A stretch of 64,000 bases of DNA from Dictyostelium discoideum (lineage: Eukaryota), in contig CM000152.2 in NCBI GenBank assembly GCA_000004695.1, positions 3,040,001-3,104,000 of the forward strand, given 5' to 3'. Position 1 is the first letter of the stretch. Every line of letters begins with the position of its first letter. A program made the position numbers and the translations under genes. Positions 26,549-38,455 of this stretch are shown piece after piece. A model generated the notes under the pieces. The model saw only the letters and a program-made list of their open reading frames with translations, searched no databases and was not told the origin of the DNA.

Positions 26549-26824
26549 GAAGAAAATGAAAATAAACAAGAACAAGAACAAGAACAAGAACATCAACAAG
26601 AACAAGAACATGAACAAGAACAAGGACTTGAAGAGCAAGAGCAAGAACAAATTAGTCCAGTGGTTGAATCAACATCATCATCATCATCATCCCAATCACC
26701 AATTGAATCATCAATTCAACCAGTGGTTCAAGAACAATCAATTACTATGGATGATTATATTTTAGATGATGGTCAAGATACTGAAGAATTTTATAAAAGT
26801 TTAGATAAAAGTAATAATGTGTAA
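21638..26824 (+). CDS. Very large polytopic membrane protein of about 1600 aa. It is built from at least 13 tandem two-helix hairpin repeats, each ending in a [LMIFGP]-[WY]-R-x-P motif, with a hydrophilic Q/E-rich C-terminal domain. Five exons: 21638-21745, 21842-22104, 22180-22456, 22570-22881, 22973-26824.
   Basis: Repeats ...VRIPFMLM, PWRICF, PWRIPTAIKEF, LYRIPVLIHKF, IYRVPRTIRKI, LWRAPFMYTQM, LWRSYAFV, IYRLPKTIKLL, MWRLPILIKRL, GWRIPSFISMV, LWRGPFLIKTI, MWRFKTFIKTF and others are each preceded by hydrophobic helices (L..LD....L.....IL). The introns use canonical GT..AG sites in matching phases. The first intron (21746-21841) could alternatively be read through in frame. No similarity to a named family was recognised. 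Confidence 0.65.
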
Positions 26825-27275
26825 ATTAGTAAAAAAAAAAAAAAAAAAAAAGATAAAAAAATAATTCAAAATAACAATTTAGCTTTATATTTATTTATCT
26901 ATTTAATATATAACCATAAAAAAATAAATTATTAATACTGTTATATATTAATATTGAATTATTTTTTTTTTTTTTATAATTTTATTTTTTTAAAAACTTT
27001 TTTTTTTAGTTGATGAAGCAAATTCAAAAAAAAGAACTACATCTACAACAACAACACCTACAAAATTAAGAAAAAGAAATATGAAAAAATAACAACAATT
27101 GTTTTAAATACTCTTTATCTCTTTCTTCTGTATTTCTAAGTGTACTTAATTTTTTAAAAATTGTTTTTTTAATTTTTATTTGTTTCTTAAAAAAAAAAGA
27201 AAGAAAGAAATAAATTATATTATTTTATTGGTATATTATTATTATTTTTTTTATTTTTTTTATTTTTTTATTTTT

Positions 27276-28277
27276 TTATAAAATTGATTCAAATAATTTA
27301 ATTGCTTCTTTTGGAGCTGTTTTTTTAATTACAATTGAAAAATGACAATGATTATTAGTTTCATAACCGTTATTTGTTAAAATGATTGGCCAATTTTTTA
27401 ATTTTGATTCTAATAAAAGGTCATTTGGTGGAAGGAATCTAACTTGACCTTTAATGACTTCACAAAGGTCAAAACATTTATCAAATGATTTCATATTGAA
27501 TTTTTCGCACATAACTCTAATTATGGATTGGCAATTATCTGATGCAGTTACTTTAACAGATTTATAAGAATCATTTCTAAAATAAATTTTAATAACTTCA
27601 CTACCAGAACCGGTTAAACCTTTAATTGGACTTTCTACATATGGCGATGATTGCAATTGTACCATTTTTGAATTTGCATTTGGTTGTTGTGATATGAAAT
27701 ATTGATTGGAACTATTTTTTGATTCTTCATGGTGATGTTGTAAAATTGATTTTATAGCATGTTGATATTCTTCTTTTTTTTGATCTTGCTCTTTTTTAAC
27801 TTCTAATAGGGTAGCTTCGGAATTTGATATTCTTCCTTCTGCAACGTCAACCATTTCTTTTTGGAACCAAGATTGTGCTCTATCCAATGAAGTGAATCCA
27901 TTATTATCTTTTAAATTAATATTTGCACCTTGTCTAATTAACCAAAGTGCTAAAATATCGTATCTACCAGTTACCAATGAATGAAGTGGTGTCCAACCTC
28001 TATCGTCTTGAACATTAATATCACATCCTCTAGATACTAATAGTTCCAATACTTGTTTATGTCCTCTTGAGGATGCAATATGAATTGGACATGTACCTTT
28101 TTCATACTCTCTCATATTAATATCAACACCACAATCAATCATTTCTCTAACTTTTTTAACATCATTATTTGAAACTCCTTTAAATAAATCATAATCATAT
28201 TTTTCAATTCTATAATTACTTTTGATTTTATTAGTTGATGATGATGTCATTGGACTATAACTTGAATTACTAATCAT
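27276..28277 (-). CDS. Ankyrin-repeat protein with a C-terminal Ras-association/ubiquitin-like domain. Single exon, 333 aa.
   Basis: Three ANK repeats (GTCPIHIASSRGHKQVLELLVSRGCDINVQDDRGWTPLHSLV..., NLKDNNGFTSLDRA). The C-terminal block EVIKIYFRNDSYKSVKVTASDNCQSIIRVMCEKFNM...FDLCEV has RA/UBL-like character. Confidence 0.75.
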   Translation of the reverse strand: MISNSSYSPMTSSSTNKIKSNYRIEKYDYDLFKGVSNNDVKKVREMIDCGVDINMREYEKGTCPIHIASSRGHKQVLELLVSRGCDINVQDDRGWTPLHSLVTGRYDILALWLIRQGANINLKDNNGFTSLDRAQSWFQKEMVDVAEGRISNSEATLLEVKKEQDQKKEEYQHAIKSILQHHHEESKNSSNQYFISQQPNANSKMVQLQSSPYVESPIKGLTGSGSEVIKIYFRNDSYKSVKVTASDNCQSIIRVMCEKFNMKSFDKCFDLCEVIKGQVRFLPPNDLLLESKLKNWPIILTNNGYETNNHCHFSIVIKKTAPKEAIKLFESIL

Positions 28278-28791
28278 TTTATTATTATTTATTTTTTTTT
28301 TTATTTTTTTTTTTATAACAAAAGATATATTTAATTTTATTAAAAGAAAAAAAAAAATTATTTATTTTATTTTTATTATTTATTATTTACTATTTTTTTT
28401 TATTATTTATTATTATTTTTTTTTTTTTTAAATTATTATTTTTGTTTAAAAAAAAAAAAAAAAAATTATAGTGAAATTTAATACTATTGTGTTTATATGG
28501 ATTCAATTTGAAGAAGGTGATTTAAATTTTTAAATGGTTAATTTATTTTCTTCATTCAAATAGAAAAAAAATACAAAAAAAAAATATAAATAATAAATAA
28601 TTATTTTTAATTTATTTTTGTATTTTTTTTTTTTTTTAAACATTTTGTTAAAATTTGATTATCAAAGATAAGAATTGTAGATTGAAAAAAACAACTAAAT
28701 TTGGATTACATTCACACACTTTTCAAAAAATATATATAAAACAACACCAACACACAGTGATACAATAGAAACTATATGATTAATGTGTGGT

Positions 28792-28829
<38 letters not shown>

Positions 28830-28952
28830 ATTATTATTGTTATATTTACAACCCACTTCACAATTTTTTGACACAGTGGGTGTGTGTGTATGAAAGTGTG
28901 TATATATATGCTAATTGGTGTTCGGTTTAATTTTTCTTTTCTTTTTATTATA

Positions 28953-28993
<41 letters not shown>

Positions 28994-29483
28994 TTATTTG
29001 TTAAGATTATCGCCAACTGATGTTTTTACTTTATTCATTTTTCTTTAAAATGAAAAAAAAAAAATAATATTAATAATTAACTAATTTAATAATTAAACTG
29101 GGATATTTTTAGTATAATTTAATTGAATGGAGTTATTATTTTTTTTTTTTTAGCAAAGGTGACCAAAAAAAAAAAAACAAAATTAAAATCAAAACAAAGT
29201 ATGGCGTCACATTGTACATTTCACTAGATATTTTGAAAAACTGATTTTTTTTTTATTTTTTTATTTATTTTTGAATAAAAAAAAAAAAAAAAAAAGAAAA
29301 TTCATGATCAAAAAAAAAAAAAAAAAAAAAGAAAAAAGAAGAGGCACTGTTTCTTCATTCTTTTTTCTTTTATTGTTTTTATTTTAATAAAAAAAAAAAA
29401 AAGGTCAATTAATCATTTAATTTTATTAAACAATATTTACTTATATTAGAATTAAAAAAAAAAAAAAAAAAAAAATAATAAAA

Positions 29484-29854
29484 ATGAAATTTACAATTGA
29501 AATTGATGACAATTATATTAAAAATTTTATAACATTTAGTGGTTTAGCAATTGTCGCATATGCATACAAGAATTATAATAAAGAAGAATTAAATGAAAAA
29601 TTAAATAATGCAAAAACTAGTTTTTATAAGATAGCAAAAAGATATTTCCCATCAAAATTTAAATCAATTGAAAAAGAAATTAATGATGAAGTTACTGCAA
29701 TTATTGCTGAAAATTTCCCACCAATGGAAGGTGTTGAAAATCAATATGAAATTCCAAAAATTGGAAAAGATACAAAAACAATTTTAAATCATTTACAAAA
29801 AATTCATGATAAAGATATTAATCCTGGTATGTTTTTTTTTTATTTTTATTATTA

Positions 29855-29886
<32 letters not shown>

Positions 29887-31171
29887 AATAATTAAATTGA
29901 AAAAAAAAAAAAAAAAAGATGATGGTAAATTATTTGCATATTGTTATCCAACAAATAAAAAACATGAAGATGTTGTATTGAAATCATATGAGATGTTTGT
30001 GCATTTGAATGCATTAAATCCATTAGCATTTCAAAGTTTAAGAAGAATGGAAGTTGAAGTTGTACAAATGGCAATTAAAATGTTAAATGGTGGAAATGAA
30101 GCTAGAGGTACAATGACTACAGGTGGCACAGAGAGTATATTGATGGCAATGAAAGCCTATAGAGATAGAGGATATGAAGTCGATGGTATTAGAGAACCAG
30201 AGGTAGTTTTACCAATTTCAGCACATCCAGCATTTGAAAAGGCTGCAAAATATTTTGGAATTAAAACTAGATATGTTCAATCTGTGGATCCAGTGAGTGA
30301 TTTAGTGGATTTAAAAGAATATGAATCAAAAATCAATAGAAATACCATACTATTAGTTGCATCAGCTCCACAATATCCTCATGGATTAATGGATCCAATC
30401 GAGTCAATTGGTAAATTGGCAGAGAAATATAGAAAACCATTTCATGTTGATGCTTGTATTGGTGGTTTCTTTTTACCATGGTTAGAGAAATTAGGTTATC
30501 CAATTCCATGTAAATTTGATTTTCGTGTTCCATCAGTCACATCGATTAGTGCTGATATTCACAAATATGGCTATGCAACAAAGGGTTCATCAGTTTTGTT
30601 ATTCTCTTCTAATGAATATCGTAAATATCAATTCATTGCCTATACTCAATGGCCAGGTGGCTTATTCGTCTCTCCATCAATGTTGGGAACTCGTTCAGGT
30701 GGCAATATAGCAGCTGCTTGGTCATCTTTAGTCTCGATGGGTGAGAACGGATTCATGGAATATGTTGATAAAATTATGAAAACCTCAATTGCAATTCAAA
30801 AAGGTATCGTCTCATTACCATTGGGTAACGTTGAAATTATTGGTTCAAATCCTGTAATGTCAATCATTTCATTGAGATCTAAAGTTGTCAATATTCATGC
30901 GGTTGCAGACTCTATGGAAAAACATTTCTCTTGGAAACTTGAAAGACAACATAGACCAAATAGTATTCATATGACTTTAACACCATCTCATATTGGTATT
31001 GAAAAGGTTTTCTTGGAAAATTTGAAATTCTCAATTCAAGAAGTTATGGCTGATCCAAATTTAAGTAAAAAAGGTTCTGCTGCTATGTATAATGGTATCA
31101 ATAATATACCTTTAACTGCAATAGCTGATGATTTCTTAATTGAATTTTTATCAAAAACTTATTCAACTTAA
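29484..31171 (+). CDS. sglA: Sphingosine-1-phosphate lyase (PLP-dependent, fold type I, group II decarboxylase family). Two exons: 29484-29826 and 29919-31171.
   Basis: N-terminal membrane anchor FITFSGLAIVAYAY. SPL-family motifs GGNEARGTMTTGGTESILMAMKAYRD, HVDACIGGF, SADIHKYGYATKGSSVLL (the PLP lysine) and WPGGLFVSPSMLGTRSGG. A phase-1 intron joins ...DINPG|DDGKLFAYCYP. The symbol is the dictyostelid S1P-lyase name, assigned from memory. Confidence 0.8.
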
Positions 31172-31597
31172 AAATAAAAAATAAAAATAATTAAATCTAT
31201 ATTAATAAATCTTATTTTTTTTAAAAAAAAAAAATCATAAAAATATTCCCTTCTCTAACAATTTGGAAAAAATTATTAAATTCTAAAAATAAACTTTTTT
31301 ATTGAAAAAAAAAAAAAATAAAATAAAAAAAAAAAAAAAAACAGAATGGTGACATTCACTTTTATTATATTTTATATCATTTTGTATATTTTTGAGTGCT
31401 ATATTTATCTATATTAAATTCATATTAAAAGTAAATCATTATTATAAATGAAAAAAAAATGAAAATTTTTTAATGCCATATTTAATATTTTTTGTGAATA
31501 AAATTGGGTTATAAAGATTTTTTTTTTTTTATTTTTTATTTTTTTTTTTTTTTTTTTTTTTTTGATTTTTGGGGTCAAAATTTTTTTTTTTTTTTTT

Positions 31598-31631
<34 letters not shown>

Positions 31632-31709
31632 CATTTATTATATAATTTGTTTATTTATAGTTATACAAATACTCTATTTTTAGTTTATTTTCTTTCTTTG
31701 CTATCTCTT

Positions 31710-31747
<38 letters not shown>

Positions 31748-31896
31748 AGTACTTTTTTAGAAAATCAAGATTAAAAAAAGAGAAAAAAAAAAAAAAAAAA
31801 AAATATAAAAAAAAACATAAAACATAAAACAAAAAAGAAACCAATATAATGAATTGAAGAAAAAAAAAAAAAAAAAAAAAAGAGATAGATAATAAA

Positions 31897-34445
31897 ATGG
31901 AAGAAAAAACTACAGTTTCAATTATAAATGAAGAAGGTGGCAATATTGACGAAAAAGAAAAATGTATTAATAATAACACAAATGATAATAAAAATAAAAA
32001 TGAAAATGAAAATGAAAATGAAAATGAAAATGAAAATGAAAATGAAAATGAAAATAAAAATGAAAATGAAAATGAAAATGAAAATGAAAATGAAAATGAA
32101 GATGAAGAATTAGTCGAAATTGATGAAAAGGTTAATAATAATAATAATAATATAGTCAATAGTTTAGAGAATGTTCAATTAGATGATACAGATGTAACAA
32201 AAGTAGAACAAAGACAATCAATGTGGATTGGTTCACAACCTGCTAAAAAAGAAAGAGAAGCACCAAGAATTTCAACTTCATCAAATCTTAGACAATCTTC
32301 AAATGATTTAAATTCTTCAGGAGGTACTAATACTCCAAAAACACCAAGATCAACAACTCCACCACAAAATGAAAATTCATGTAATACTACTGCTACCACT
32401 ACTACCATTACTACTTCTGTAACAACAACACCAACACCAACAACAACACCAGCAACAACAACAACATCATCAAGTTTATCATCATGGTGGAATGGATTAA
32501 GTTTTAAATTAAGAACTCCACCAACAACACCATCAAATTCACAAATATTTACACCAACATTATTAAATGAACAACAGGATGAGGTTGAGGATCAAATATT
32601 TACACATTCAGCAATTGATTCAGCAACTAAAATCGTTAGAGAGGGTTATTTAAATAAGCAAGGTCATCTAAGAAAGAATTGGTTATGTAGATATTTCATA
32701 TTGACTGAAACCTCATTAGAGTATTATAAAGACAAAGGTAGAGAATTCTTAAATAGAATTCCATTGAGCGAATGTTCAATAACAATGGCAGAAATTGAAA
32801 TAAAGAAATCACTATGCTTCAAGATCACTCATAATCCTACGAAAAGACCATTTTATTTATTCTCCAATGAAAGAGCAAACACTAACGAATACGAACGTGA
32901 TAGTTATGAATGGATTGGGTCAGTTCAAGAGATTATCGATTTACAAATACTAAATCTTCAACAACAACAACAACAACAAAATCCTGATGGTTTAACAAAT
33001 TTAGATCCTTCAGCTTCAATCGTTACAGAATCTCATAAAAACTATGAATTGGTTCATTGTATGTCACATGCTTTACTCTTTTCTTTAGGTAAAATTTCTG
33101 CTGCTCAAATGACTGATATTTGTATGGAAGATTTCCAATCTTCTGAAACTTTTAATATAAATAAAGAAGTTACATCTTCAAACTCAACAACACCACTATC
33201 ATCTTCACCATCACCTGAAAGTTTAATAAATCAACAATCACAATCACAACAACCACAATTACAACCACAATCACAACAAAATATAAATACAAATAATAAT
33301 AATAATAATAATAATAATTTAATAAATAGTGGTAATAATATACCGAATATGACAAAATCACTATTTTCATATAAATTTACAGATTATTCACCAAAAGTTT
33401 TTAGGAAAATTAGAGAACTATCAAATGTAAATTCAGCGGATTATATGATATCATTAACTCAAAATACTTTAACTGAAGAACCAACTCAAGGAAAGAGTAA
33501 TTCACTATTCTATTTCACTTCTGATAAAAAATTACTTATTAAAACAATTACAACTACTGAATTTGAACAATTAAAATCAATTTTACCAAATTATTATTTT
33601 GTATGTTATTTATTATTATTATTATTATTATCTTCATACACTATATAATAACAATAATAATAACATTATTTTTTTATTTTTTTTTTTTAATAATATTTAG
33701 CATTTATCACAAAATCCAGATTCATTAATTGTAAAATTTTATGGTTTACATTATATTAGTCCATCAAAAATGAGAAATACATATTTTGTTGTAATGGAGA
33801 ATATATTTACAGATATTCATATGGATGAAATTTATGATTTAAAAGGTAGTACACTTCAAAGAAAAGCTCAAGAAGGTAAAAGAGTATTAATGGATTTAGA
33901 TTTTTGTACTAGAATTTTCATTTCTGATGAAATGAAATTTAAATTTTTTAAACAAATTGAAAGTGATTGTAATGTAAGTTTAATAATAAATAATAAATAA
34001 TAATATATATATATATATATATATATATTGAATCTAAATATATTTTTTTATTTATTTATTTATTTAGTTTTTAGAGAAGAATCAGTCAATGGACTATAGT
34101 TTATTATTAGGAATTCATTATTTAAAGGGTGGTAAGAAAATTGATGAAAAAGAAGTTACAGATAGTAAACAAGCATTATTTAAGAGAGAATTGGGTGGAG
34201 TGATTGCAAGAACTCATGATGGTGAACTTTATGATAAGGTTTACTATATTGGAATCATTGATATTTTAACAGTTTATAATATTAAAAAACAAATTGAACA
34301 TACTTATAAATCAGTGGCATATGATACAACAGATTCAATGTCTGCTGTAAATCCAAATACTTATACTAAACGTTTCCAAAAATTCATTCAAAAAATTACT
34401 GGTTGGAATAAAAATAATAATAATAATAATAAAATCAATGAATAA
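31897..34445 (+). CDS. Phosphatidylinositol-phosphate 5-kinase (PIPK family) with an N-terminal PH domain and an acidic (NE)n repeat. Three exons: 31897-33600, 33701-33973, 34068-34445.
   Basis: PH domain REGYLNKQGHLRKNWLCRYFILTETSLEYYKD...LCFKITHNP. PIPK core KSLFSYKFTDYSPKVFRKIRELSNV...SNSLFYFTSDKKLLIKTITTTEFEQLKSILPNYYF|HLSQNPDSLIVKFYGLHYI...YFVVMENIF...|FLEKNQSMDYSLLLGIHY...YYIGIIDILTVY. The Asn-Glu repeat is encoded by (AATGAA)n at about 31990-32100. Confidence 0.8.
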
Positions 34446-34532
34446 TAAAAAAAAAAAAAAAAAAAAGAAAAAGAAAAAGAAAAGCTATTTTTATAAAATT
34501 TATAAATAATTTTTTTATATGGTTTTGGACCT

Positions 34533-34578
<46 letters not shown>

Positions 34579-34703
34579 TTTATTTTATTTTATTTTATTT
34601 TATTTTATTTTTTTTTTTTTTTTTTTTTTTGGAATTTAATTTTTTTTTTTTTTTTTTGTTTTTTTTTTTAAAAAATTTTAAAAAAAAAAAAAAAGAAAGA
34701 GAT

Positions 34704-36362
34704 ATGACGACTATCAAAACAATTACATTACCACTCTATGTTCAAAAATTTATAATTAAATTATTATGTCGACATATAAATAATAATAATAAATTAATTG
34801 AACCATCAGATTTTTTTATTGATTATAGGGATAATGAAGATGAAATTAAGAGATTAATATTTTCAATAGCATTAGTATCAAAAGATTGGTTAAAATCATT
34901 ATCAAATTATTTAAATGTTGCAGTAGATTTCAATTTTTTAGAAAAAGAAAAAGATAATCAATTTACAATCTTTAAAGAAGAAAACATTAAAATTTTAAAA
35001 ATTCACTATGATCATGAAAAGAAATATTTTTATAAAATGATACCAAGAATAAAAAAGAATTTAGAAGAAATTGAAAATAATAATAGTAATAATAATAATA
35101 ATAATAGTGAAAATAATAATAATGAAAATAATATTAATAATATTTTAATTGATAATGAAGAAGAAAATAAAAAATATATTGAAAAAGAGATTAGTTTAAA
35201 ATTTGTTAATAAAAGGTTAGAAAATTTATCAAAGAATGGAATTTTTAAAAAATTAATATTTAGAAATATAAATACTCATCAAAATATTGATATTATTGAT
35301 CAACTTTTTGAATGTGAAGCAACTGAAGAAGGTTTACAAGTATTAGAATTTGAATTGAATGAAGATACAACAATGGAAAGAATTAATCATTATAAGAAAA
35401 AGATTAAAAAAGTTTTCTCTATTATAATTAATGAATGTTTAAATGAAGAATTAATAGTTGATGTTTTTAAAAATTGGTCAAAAGATTTAAATCAATTTTA
35501 TATAATTTCATGTAGCATTACACCATTTCCGATATTTCAAATTTTAGCTGGTATTGGTGAAATTACTTCATTCACTTCTGATTTTTTAAATGATAGTAGT
35601 AATTGTATAAATAATAACAATAATACCACTACTACTACTAATAATAATAATATTGATAATAATAAACCATATAAAACTGGTATAAATTATTTATCAAATA
35701 TTCAATTTTTTGAGATTTATGGTATGGAAATAACATTTGATGAATTGGAAGTATTGATTACACCAAAGATAACGCCTAAATTAAGATACTTATCAATTAA
35801 TATATGTTTTGATAAGTTGATGTATTTTTTAGCAACTGAACAGGAAAGAGTGAAATTAAACATTCCAAGATGTAATTGTTGTAGTCTTTTAAACGAACAA
35901 TTTGGTTATGACCCACAAGATCAAAAAGATTTCGATGCTCATTGGGCAACCATTTCAAATTTGTTAAAAAATAATAAAACTTTGAAAGCTTTGGATTTAG
36001 GTCACGAATGTACTGACGCTGGTGAACTTATGAATTGGGGAGACACTTTTCCAACTAGTTTTGTTGAAAGAGTTGGTGCTTTAGTATCCTCAATTCCAAA
36101 TTTAAGTAGATTCATCATGATGGGTGCTAATTGTCCACAAATATTTCACGAAATTGCAAAACAAAATAAATCAATCATTCATTTCGAATCTGGTATCCTA
36201 TCTGGTCTAACAGATCATTCAAATTATGCATTATCTTTGGAAACTCTAATTGAAAATAATCCACATATCGAATCTTTTAATTTCTCAAAATTTTGCTTTG
36301 CTTTAGAAAATGGTTCATATTCTTATAAAAAAATTTCAGTATTTAATTTTCCAAAAAAATAA
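34704..36362 (+). CDS. Hypothetical protein of about 552 aa, possibly with an F-box-like N-terminus and Leu/Cys-rich repeats. Single exon.
   Basis: Long ORF with normal codon composition. ITLPLYVQKFIIKLL has weak F-box character. LKALDLGHECTDAGELMNWG is an LRR-like segment. It contains N-rich tracts. No confident family assignment. Confidence 0.45.
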   Translation: MTTIKTITLPLYVQKFIIKLLCRHINNNNKLIEPSDFFIDYRDNEDEIKRLIFSIALVSKDWLKSLSNYLNVAVDFNFLEKEKDNQFTIFKEENIKILKIHYDHEKKYFYKMIPRIKKNLEEIENNNSNNNNNNSENNNNENNINNILIDNEEENKKYIEKEISLKFVNKRLENLSKNGIFKKLIFRNINTHQNIDIIDQLFECEATEEGLQVLEFELNEDTTMERINHYKKKIKKVFSIIINECLNEELIVDVFKNWSKDLNQFYIISCSITPFPIFQILAGIGEITSFTSDFLNDSSNCINNNNNTTTTTNNNNIDNNKPYKTGINYLSNIQFFEIYGMEITFDELEVLITPKITPKLRYLSINICFDKLMYFLATEQERVKLNIPRCNCCSLLNEQFGYDPQDQKDFDAHWATISNLLKNNKTLKALDLGHECTDAGELMNWGDTFPTSFVERVGALVSSIPNLSRFIMMGANCPQIFHEIAKQNKSIIHFESGILSGLTDHSNYALSLETLIENNPHIESFNFSKFCFALENGSYSYKKISVFNFPKK

Positions 36363-36447
36363 AATTTAAAATTAAATTAATTAATTAAATAAATAAATAA
36401 TAATAATAATAATAATAATAAAAATAATTGTTTTTTTATTTATTTAT

Positions 36448-37678
36448 TTATCTTTTTGAAAAATTACCATTAAAATAAAAAAATGAATCAGAATAAAATG
36501 ATAAATAGTTAAAGTAATTTGTAGATTGGAATGTATAAATAATGTTAAAATCATTTTGTAAATCAATGAATTTATAGGTAACTTGTGAATTATTGATGTC
36601 ATTACCACCATCCATAATCATTAAATAATTAAAATCTGGTGAAAAGAAATAAGGTGTAAATTCAAGTGAAATTCCTGTAGTATTGAATGTAATTAATGTT
36701 GTTACTTGACTATTTTCTAAATTAAATTGATGAATTGAATAACTATTTCCAGACTCGTCATTGGAAATATAATAAACAGTTCCTGAGATTACGAATAATT
36801 CACCGCCATATTTTGAATATGGAAGATTTGAAGTTGGAATTTTATAAGTTTCAATATTCGTTACTTTACCATTCACAATTGGTGTATCAATTGATGTTAA
36901 ATATGGTGTTGCATTATCACCATTACCATAATAAATGAAATACATTTTATTATTTATTGAATCGTAACTTGAAAATACTGTAACTGATGAATTATAATCT
37001 GGTAATTCAATTTGAATTAAGTTACTAATAAAAATAAAAAATTAATAAAAATAAATTAATAAAAAAATAACAACAATTTTTTAAAAAAAAAAAAATTATA
37101 ATTTTATATGTAATTACAGTAAATGAGAATTAAAATCCCAATTTGAAAGTGTAAGATCAGGTAATGAACTTGAATAATCAATAGTTGGAATATAGAAATC
37201 GTTCCCGATTTGAATATATTTTTGATCAGGATTTGAACTTGTTAGATCAACATCAACAACTGGTTTAGACATAGTTGAGAATTGATTACTTTGAAAATTA
37301 TAATCAACTGTTACAAAAAATGTTGGTCCTCCATCCTTTTGTTGATAACTTGATAAAGTTGTAAACTAATATTGAAAAAAAAAAAAATTATTAAATTGTT
37401 AATTTTTTAAAAAAAAAATTTTATTTGGAAATTATAATAATAATAATAATAATAATTACAGTTTGATCAACTAATGAAGAAATATATTTAACAGAAAGTT
37501 GTAAATTTTTTTTACCAGCTTGAATTAAGGGTAATGTATTATTAAAAACTAAATCACCAGTATTAATATCAATCATCATGAATGTATTATCATTAGTGAA
37601 AGTATATATGTATTGGCTTTGACTGTCTACAAAGAATGTGATTAATAAGATTTGCAAGATAATAAATAATATTTTCAT
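36448..37678 (-). CDS. Secreted hypothetical protein. Three exons on the minus strand: 37678-37460, 37365-37118, 37024-36448.
   Basis: Signal peptide MKILFIILQILLITFFVDSQSQ. GTAATT donors and AG acceptors in consistent phases (0, then 2). Ser/Asn/Tyr-rich and beta-rich mature sequence, with no recognised domain. Confidence 0.55.
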
Positions 37679-38455
37679 TTTTAGGTTATTTAATTAACAA
37701 AACGAAAAAAAAAAAAAAAAATAAAAAAAAAAAAATAAAAAAAATAATAAAAAAAAAATAAAACTTTTGGAAAAAAAAAAAAAAAAAATCTAACAAAAAC
37801 CATGGAATGACAACATTTCATAAATATCTTTTTATTTTTTATTTTTTTTTTTTTTTTCAAAAAATAATTGTCATAAATTTTAGTCCACAAATTATATTAT
37901 GCTGAAAAAAAAAGAATTCTTTTTTTTCCACTTGGATTATTATTCAATTATAACAATATTTATACATTTATATTTTTTTTTTTTTTTTTATTTTTTTTTT
38001 TTAACATTATTTTTAGAATTGTTGCATTTATTTTTTTTTTTTTTTATTTTTATTTTACATTTATTTTTTTTTTTTTATTTTTATTTTAATGGGTTGGGGG
38101 TTAATCAGTTATTTTAATTCATTAATCTCACACTGAAAATTAAAAAAAAAAAATAAAAAAATAAAAAATAAGTGTTGATTTTAATTATAAAAAAAATAAA
38201 AAATAAATGTTGATTTTAATTATAAAATTTTAAATGGAAATATCCTAATGTTTTTTTAATTTTTTTTTGGAAACAAAAAGAATTTTGAAATGTTTTCAGC
38301 AATTTCAATTGTTTTTTTTTATTTTTTTTTATTTTTTTTATTTTTTTTTATTTTTATTTTATTTTATTTTTTTTTTTATTTTTTTTTTTTCAGTTTTAAA
38401 AAAAAACTATTTTTCTTTTTTTTTTTTTTTTTTTACAATTTATTATTTTTGGAAA

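Noticed and set aside
36735-36938. Plus-strand 67-aa ORF inside the minus-strand secreted-protein exon
   Set aside because: It is an antisense artifact that overlaps a well-supported exon.
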